A DNA stretch of 64,000 nucleotides from the human T2T-CHM13v2.0 reference genome, Homo sapiens: NCBI RefSeq assembly GCF_009914755.1, contig NC_060947.1; one strand, written 5' to 3'. Below the pieces are notes generated by a model. It ran no database searches. It saw only the letters and a program-made list of their open reading frames with translations, and was not told where the DNA came from. The translations under genes were made by a program, and so were the position numbers. Below are positions 57,403 through 64,000 of this stretch, piece by piece. Numbering within the stretch: position 1 is the first letter of the stretch; each line of letters begins with the position of its first letter.

Positions 57403-59194
57403 GTAAGACGCTGAGGGAGGACTGAGGCGGGCCTCACCTCAGACAGAGGGCCTCAAATAATCCAGTGCTGCCTCTGCTGCCGGGCCTGGGCCACCCCGCA
57501 GGGGAAGACTTCCAGGCTGGGTCGCCACTACCTCACCCCGCCGACCCCCGCCGCTTTAGCCACGGGGAACTCTGGGGACAGAGCTTAATGTGGCCAGGGC
57601 AGGGCTGGTTAGAAGAGGTCAGGGCCCACGCTGTGGCAGGAATCAAGGTCAGGACCCCGAGAGGGAACTGAGGGCAGCCTAACCACCACCCTCACCACCA
57701 TTCCCGTCCCCCAACACCAACCCCACCCCCATCCCCCATTCCCCATTCCCATCCCCACCCCCACCCCTATCCTGGCAGAATCCGGGCTTTGCCCCTGGTA
57801 TCAAGTCACGGAAGCTCCGGGAATGGCGGCCAGGCACGTGAGTCCTGAGGTTCACATCTACGGCTAAGGGAGGGAAGGGGTTCGGTATCGCGAGTATGGC
57901 CGTTGGGAGGCAGCGAAAGGGCCCAGGCCCTCCTGGAAGACAGTGGAGTCCTGAGGGGACCCAGCATGCCAGGACAGGGGGCCCACTGTACCCCTGTCTC
58001 AAACCGAGGCACCTTTTCATTCGGCTACGGGAATCCTAGGGATGCAGACCCACTTCAGCAGGGGGTTGGGGCCCAGCCCTGCGAGGAGTCATGGGGAGGA
58101 AGAAGAGGGAGGACTGAGGGGACCTTGGAGTCCAGATCAGTGGCAACCTTGGGCTGGGGGATGCTGGGCACAGTGGCCAAATGTGCTCTGTGCTCATTGC
58201 GCCTTCAGGGTGACCAGAGAGTTGAGGGCTGTGGTCTGAAGAGTGGGACTTCAGGTCAGCAGAGGGAGGAATCCCAGGATCTGCAGGGCCCAAGGTGTAC
58301 CCCCAAGGGGCCCCTATGTGGTGGACAGATGCAGTGGTCCTAGGATCTGCCAAGCATCCAGGTGAAGAGACTGAGGGAGGATTGAGGGTACCCCTGGGAC
58401 AGAATGCGGACTGGGGGCCCCATAAAAATCTGCCCTGCTCCTGCTGTTACCTCAGAGAGCCTGGGCAGGGCTGTCAGCTGAGGTCCCTCCATTATCCTAG
58501 GATCACTGATGTCAGGGAAGGGGAAGCCTTGGTCTGAGGGGACTGCACTCAGGGCAGTAGAGGGAGGCTCTCAGACCCTACTAGGAGTGGAGGTGAGGAC
58601 CAAGCAGTCTCCTCACCCAGGGTACATGGACTTCAATAAATTTGGACATCTCTCGTTGTCCTTTCCGGGAGGACCTGGGAATGTATGGCCAGATGTGGGT
58701 CCCCTCATGTTTTTCTGTACCATATCAGGTATGTGAGTTCTTGACATGAGAGATTCTCAGGCCAGCAGAAGGGAGGGATTAGGTCCTATAAGGAGAAAGG
58801 TGAGGGCCCTGAGTGAGCACAGAGGGGATCCTCCACCCCAGTAGAGTGGGGACCTCACAGAGTCTGGCCAACCCTCCTGACAGTTCTGGGAATCCGTGGC
58901 TGCGTTTGCTGTCTGCACATTGGGGGCCCGTGGATTCCTCTCCCAGGAATCAGGAGCTCCAGGAACAAGGCAGTGAGGACTTGGTCTGAGGCAGTGTCCT
59001 CAGGTCACAGAGTAGAGGGGGCTCAGATAGTGCCAACGGTGAAGGTTTGCCTTGGATTCAAACCAAGGGCCCCACCTGCCCCAGAACACATGGACTCCAG
59101 AGCGCCTGGCCTCACCCTCAATACTTTCAGTCCTGCAGCCTCAGCATGTGCTGGCCGGATGTACCCTGAGGTGCCCTCTCACTTCCTCCTTCAG

Positions 59195-59260
59195 GTTCTG
59201 AGGGGACAGGCTGACGTGGAGGACCAGAGGCCCCCGGAGGAGCACTGAAGGAGAAGATCT
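59195..59260 (+). other. MAGEA6: MAGEA6 non-coding exon 2 (66 bp)
   Basis: ttcag|GTTCTGAGGGG...GAAGATCT|gtaagt. Exon 3 acceptor ccccag| at 59340/59341. Confidence 0.9.
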
Positions 59261-59405
59261 GTAAGTAAGCCTTTGTTAGAGCCTCCAAGGTTCCATTCAG
59301 TACTCAGCTGAGGTCTCTCACATGCTCCCTCTCTCCCCAGGCCAGTGGGTCTCCATTGCCCAGCTCCTGCCCACACTCCCGCCTGTTGCCCTGACCAGAG
59401 TCATC

Positions 59406-60350
59406 ATGCCTCTTGAGCAGAGGAGTCAGCACTGCAAGCCTGAAGAAGGCCTTGAGGCCCGAGGAGAGGCCCTGGGCCTGGTGGGTGCGCAGGCTCCTGC
59501 TACTGAGGAGCAGGAGGCTGCCTCCTCCTCTTCTACTCTAGTTGAAGTCACCCTGGGGGAGGTGCCTGCTGCCGAGTCACCAGATCCTCCCCAGAGTCCT
59601 CAGGGAGCCTCCAGCCTCCCCACTACCATGAACTACCCTCTCTGGAGCCAATCCTATGAGGACTCCAGCAACCAAGAAGAGGAGGGGCCAAGCACCTTCC
59701 CTGACCTGGAGTCTGAGTTCCAAGCAGCACTCAGTAGGAAGGTGGCCAAGTTGGTTCATTTTCTGCTCCTCAAGTATCGAGCCAGGGAGCCGGTCACAAA
59801 GGCAGAAATGCTGGGGAGTGTCGTCGGAAATTGGCAGTACTTCTTTCCTGTGATCTTCAGCAAAGCTTCCGATTCCTTGCAGCTGGTCTTTGGCATCGAG
59901 CTGATGGAAGTGGACCCCATCGGCCACGTGTACATCTTTGCCACCTGCCTGGGCCTCTCCTACGATGGCCTGCTGGGTGACAATCAGATCATGCCCAAGA
60001 CAGGCTTCCTGATAATCATCCTGGCCATAATCGCAAAAGAGGGCGACTGTGCCCCTGAGGAGAAAATCTGGGAGGAGCTGAGTGTGTTAGAGGTGTTTGA
60101 GGGGAGGGAAGACAGTATCTTCGGGGATCCCAAGAAGCTGCTCACCCAATATTTCGTGCAGGAAAACTACCTGGAGTACCGGCAGGTCCCCGGCAGTGAT
60201 CCTGCATGCTATGAGTTCCTGTGGGGTCCAAGGGCCCTCATTGAAACCAGCTATGTGAAAGTCCTGCACCATATGGTAAAGATCAGTGGAGGACCTCGCA
60301 TTTCCTACCCACTCCTGCATGAGTGGGCTTTGAGAGAGGGGGAAGAGTGA
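59406..60350 (+). CDS. MAGEA6: Melanoma-associated antigen 6 (314 aa), single coding exon
   Basis: [17 protein letters not shown]...LREGEE. A6-type residues [26 protein letters not shown] (MAGEA3 has KVAELVHFL, EVDPIGHLY, SGGPHISY). Confidence 0.96.
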   Translation: MPLEQRSQHCKPEEGLEARGEALGLVGAQAPATEEQEAASSSSTLVEVTLGEVPAAESPDPPQSPQGASSLPTTMNYPLWSQSYEDSSNQEEEGPSTFPDLESEFQAALSRKVAKLVHFLLLKYRAREPVTKAEMLGSVVGNWQYFFPVIFSKASDSLQLVFGIELMEVDPIGHVYIFATCLGLSYDGLLGDNQIMPKTGFLIIILAIIAKEGDCAPEEKIWEELSVLEVFEGREDSIFGDPKKLLTQYFVQENYLEYRQVPGSDPACYEFLWGPRALIETSYVKVLHHMVKISGGPRISYPLLHEWALREGEE

Positions 60351-60779
60351 GTCTGAGCACGAGTTGCAGCCAGGGCCAGTGGGAGGGGGTTTGGGCCAGT
60401 GCACCTTCCGGGGCCCCATCCCTTAGTTTCCACTGCCTCCTGTGACGTGAGGCCCATTCTTCACTCTTTGAAGCGAGCAGTCAGCATTCTTAGTAGTGGG
60501 TTTCTGTTCTGTTGGATGACTTTGAGATTATTCTTTGTTTCCTGTTGGAGTTGTTCAAATGTTCCTTTTAACGGATGGTTGAATGAGCGTCAGCATCCAG
60601 GTTTATGAATGACAGTAGTCACACATAGTGCTGTTTATATAGTTTAGGAGTAAGAGTCTTGTTTTTTATTCAGATTGGGAAATCCATTCCATTTTGTGAA
60701 TTGTGACATAATAATAGCAGTGGTAAAAGTATTTGCTTAAAATTGTGAGCGAATTAGCAATAACATACATGAGATAACT

Positions 60780-63700
60780 CAAGAAATCAAAAGATAGTTG
60801 ATTCTTGCCTTGTACCTCAATCTATTCTGTAAAATTAAACAAATATGCAAACCAGGATTTCCTTGACTTCTTTGAGAATGCAAGCGAAATTAAATCTGAA
60901 TAAATAATTCTTCCTCTTCACTGGCTCGTTTCTTTTCCGTTCACTCAGCATCTGCTCTGTGGGAGGCCCTGGGTTAGTAGTGGGGATGCTAAGGTAAGCC
61001 AGACTCACGCCTACCCATAGGGCTGTAGAGCCTAGGACCTGCAGTCATATAATTAAGGTGGTGAGAAGTCCTGTAAGATGTAGAGGAAATGTAAGAGAGG
61101 GGTGAGGGTGTGGCGCTCCGGGTGAGAGTAGTGGAGTGTCAGTGCCCTGAGCTGGGGCATTTTGGGCTTTGGGAAACTTCAGTTCCTTCTGAAGGAGCTG
61201 ACTCTAATGAAGTTGGGTGGGCCCAGAGCCAGATTCTCAGAGTGTGGGAGAAAAGCCTGGAATGGAAAGCAACTCTGAGCAGTTTCTTTCGAATGGGGGA
61301 TGAACAGAGAGGAATCTCTACCTCAGGCAGGAATGGAAGGTGTCGTCTGCTTTTGTCCCACTGCTGTTGAACGCAGCCCAAGATCTAGGTGATGGACACC
61401 CATCATCTGCAAGGGTTTCCTGAGCGATAAGGCTGAATTTCCCAGGAAGGGTGGCCCAGAAGCCCCTGGCCAGGTGCTTTTCTGCCGGGCAGGGAGAGCC
61501 AGAGCTGACTCCATTAAAAAAGGCATTCCAACTAGGTTATCTCAAGTGCAATTTGACCAATTGTAAGCACGGGCTAGATTTTGGATGGTAACAAAATGGA
61601 TGAAAATGGTGGTTTGGGTGGGAAAGCAGCTGGGAGAGAGAGAAGCAGTTGGTCTTTTGACGCAGATTGTAGGAGCTCCGAGCTGCACCTGGCTGGGCGA
61701 AACTCCTGCACACCCAAATTTTGAAGTGCATTCTCTGAGAGGAAATACTTAACTGAATTTTATGGAAGAAGCTTCTGTTTGGGGCTAATTATTCCATGTC
61801 CTATTGAGCTGTATATTCTCTGGTAAGTCCTGGAGAACAACGACAGCAACAACAAAATCCCGGAGTGTTAGGGCCTCGGGTTAAAAAATATTGGAAATAA
61901 CAGCCATCCGCCATTTGTTAAACTTCTAATTTATACCAGGCCCGGAGTCAGGTGCTTCACCTGCGTTGCATACACTCCAACTGTCCTACTAGACAGTCCT
62001 TATCACATCTGCTTACAGATGAAGAATCCAAGGCTCACAGGGTGTGTGAATTGGGATATAAAAACAGGGTATTTCCTGGGTATTTCCCAGGATCACGTGG
62101 CTAGTGAGGAACAGGGCAGAACCCGACCCCTGTTCTGAATTCCTTTAGAGCCCATGCTGTTCCCACTTCTCCCAGCCCGAGGCTGACCTCCTGACAGCGA
62201 CTTCATTTTTCTTCTCAGCACTGCACCATGTCTCTCAGGTGACAAAAAGAAGGACCTCGAGGCCAGCGTAATAAAGCAGGCCTGGAGAACGCGACAATGA
62301 GAATCAAACACCATTTGGGGCTGGTGTGCGCTGGGTTCCCTGAGAGCTGACACTGGCAAGATGTGTTCATTTCTGTCCAGCCCCAGCACTTTCAGAATTA
62401 CAGCACATTTCCCCGGGTCACTTCCATGTGTCCTGTCTGACTCCGGAACCTATAGGGCCTGCTGATCAGCTCCTCACTGGTCCCCACAGAACAGCCCAGA
62501 ATCCCCTGCTCACCTCCTGACAGGGAGCATTCCTTCTCACAGTAGAAGTCCTCTGGCTGTCCCGTCTCTCACCCAGGAAGCCATATGATATCAACAATCC
62601 TTTTGATATAAAAATTCACATGGGGACAGTGACGTTTAGACACCTGGTTACCACTCCGGTTGTCTTCAACACACTCTCTAATTGTTTTCTGAAAGGGCTG
62701 AGTAGTCTGTTTCTCCATATTATCTAAGGGTTCTTGTGTGATGTCACCCTGAAGTGAGAGGAATTTGGAACCACCTTGATACCTGAAATCAGACTTTCAC
62801 AGGGCGTCCTTTTGGAATTCGCCTCTGAATACATGCACAGATAAATGGTCAAAGAGCAAACCATCCCTCATGAGTACTAGATGAGAAAAACCTTGGGAAA
62901 TCCCAGTGGAACAAACATCTACTTACTGAGGCTGAATTCCTAAATTTCTGGAGTCCTCCAGGAGTCTAAAAACGATTCCTTGAAAACATGTCAACTCTAA
63001 TGAAAGAGGAATAATTAAGCAGCCTTCTGTTTCTTGTCTGTTTACCTGCTCCACGGGAAAATACTGGCCTTTATTGTGCCTACAGGCACTCGAGAGGTGT
63101 TCAGGCTTGTGGAGGGTAGCAGAAATTCACAGGTTAACATTTTGACCGGGAATCAAATGGAGGAAAAATGCTCAGCCTACTAAGGATTAAAGGGTATTGC
63201 AAAGGGAAGCCTTCTCGCCGAGACTTTCAAGATTCTTGGGCAGTTAGTTGTGATCGTATATTTGAAAACATCAGTTACATATTTGACACTGGAAAAAGTT
63301 GGAGAATGTCACGGCAAATTTGGCCTTCTCAGAAACTCCTCCTAGAAATGAGAAGGGTAGTGTAATACCAAAGAATCACAGTTGTTTTTGTTGAGCACCT
63401 ACTATGTAACAGTTTATGGGGGAGGGTATAGTACTCACACACATTTTGTCTCTGTCTCCTTCCTGGACACATGGGAACAGTAAAGTCCTTGCAGTTAGGA
63501 TGGGTCATGTGACATTTCCTTTATACCAATATAGGAGCAGAAGCATTGTTTGTCACATCCAGGCATGTGGGAGCCAGTGTGCCATTTCCAAGCTTTCTCT
63601 CCGCTTTCACTAGCAAACATGGCAGCTTCATCTTGAGATGACGGAATCACAAGGTGGAAGCAGCTTGGATTCCTGGGTCCCGTGAGAGTGGAGAGCCCCT

Positions 63701-64000
63701 GGCAAACTGCATCAGAACTTATTTGCACATAAAATAAACTTGTGTTGTGGCAAGCCATTCGTGGTTGTTCTGTTGCAATGGCTAGCAGTTACTTAAACTG
63801 ACATGGCTAGTATTTCTGTTTGTCAGGTTTAATTTTTTTTTATTTAAAATGTAGTATTGTACATATTCTTATTGCAAAACTTATAGAAATGTAGATAATT
63901 CACAATTTTCCCCTTTACAAATCTCCTCCACATTTAACAACGCCCACCACCCCCACCGCCCCCTCAGAGGTCACCACAATTAACGGTGTTGTATATTATT
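60780..64000 (+). repeat. MAGE-A unit 3' flank paralogous to 45858-50670
   Basis: Collinear matches, e.g. gccctgagc..ggg..ttttgggctttgggaaact..agttccttc at ~46225 and ~61143; cctcagaggtcaccacaat at ~50624 and ~63962. Confidence 0.85.
60889..60904 (+). terminator. MAGEA6: MAGEA6 polyadenylation signals
   Basis: ATTAAA 60889-60894 and AATAAA 60899-60904. Confidence 0.8.

Noticed and set aside
59322-59405. 28-aa upstream in-frame extension of MAGEA6
   Set aside because: The ATG at 59322 is inside intron 2, upstream of the 59340/59341 acceptor, so it is absent from spliced mRNA.
59406-60350. Calling the gene MAGEA3
   Set aside because: Diagnostic residues (K115, V175, R298) are MAGEA6-type.

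Overview
Human (primate) Xq28. The window holds exons 3-9 and the long 3' UTR of GABRQ (GABA-A receptor theta subunit, + strand, 4125-~16140) and a repeat-dense spacer (L1, MaLR, Alu). It then holds two tandem, anciently duplicated MAGE-A units on the + strand: a disrupted MAGE-A pseudogene (~37.2-50.7 kb) and intact MAGEA6 (57325-~60920). The most unusual structure lies in the pseudogene 3' UTR. It is a MER41 endogenous-retrovirus element with processed-RNA architecture (R-U5-[apparently spliced internal]-U3-R-polyA, flanked by a 21-bp target-site duplication), which points to an ERV transcript retro-copied by L1 machinery. It still carries two intact STAT1/GAS motifs. Other points: a TSD-less L1 junction that probably marks a duplication or palindrome edge, a minus-strand exon upstream of MAGEA6, and MaLR presence/absence that dates the MAGE duplication. 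Repeat family names and many repeat boundaries were assigned by eye from remembered consensus sequences and are approximate.
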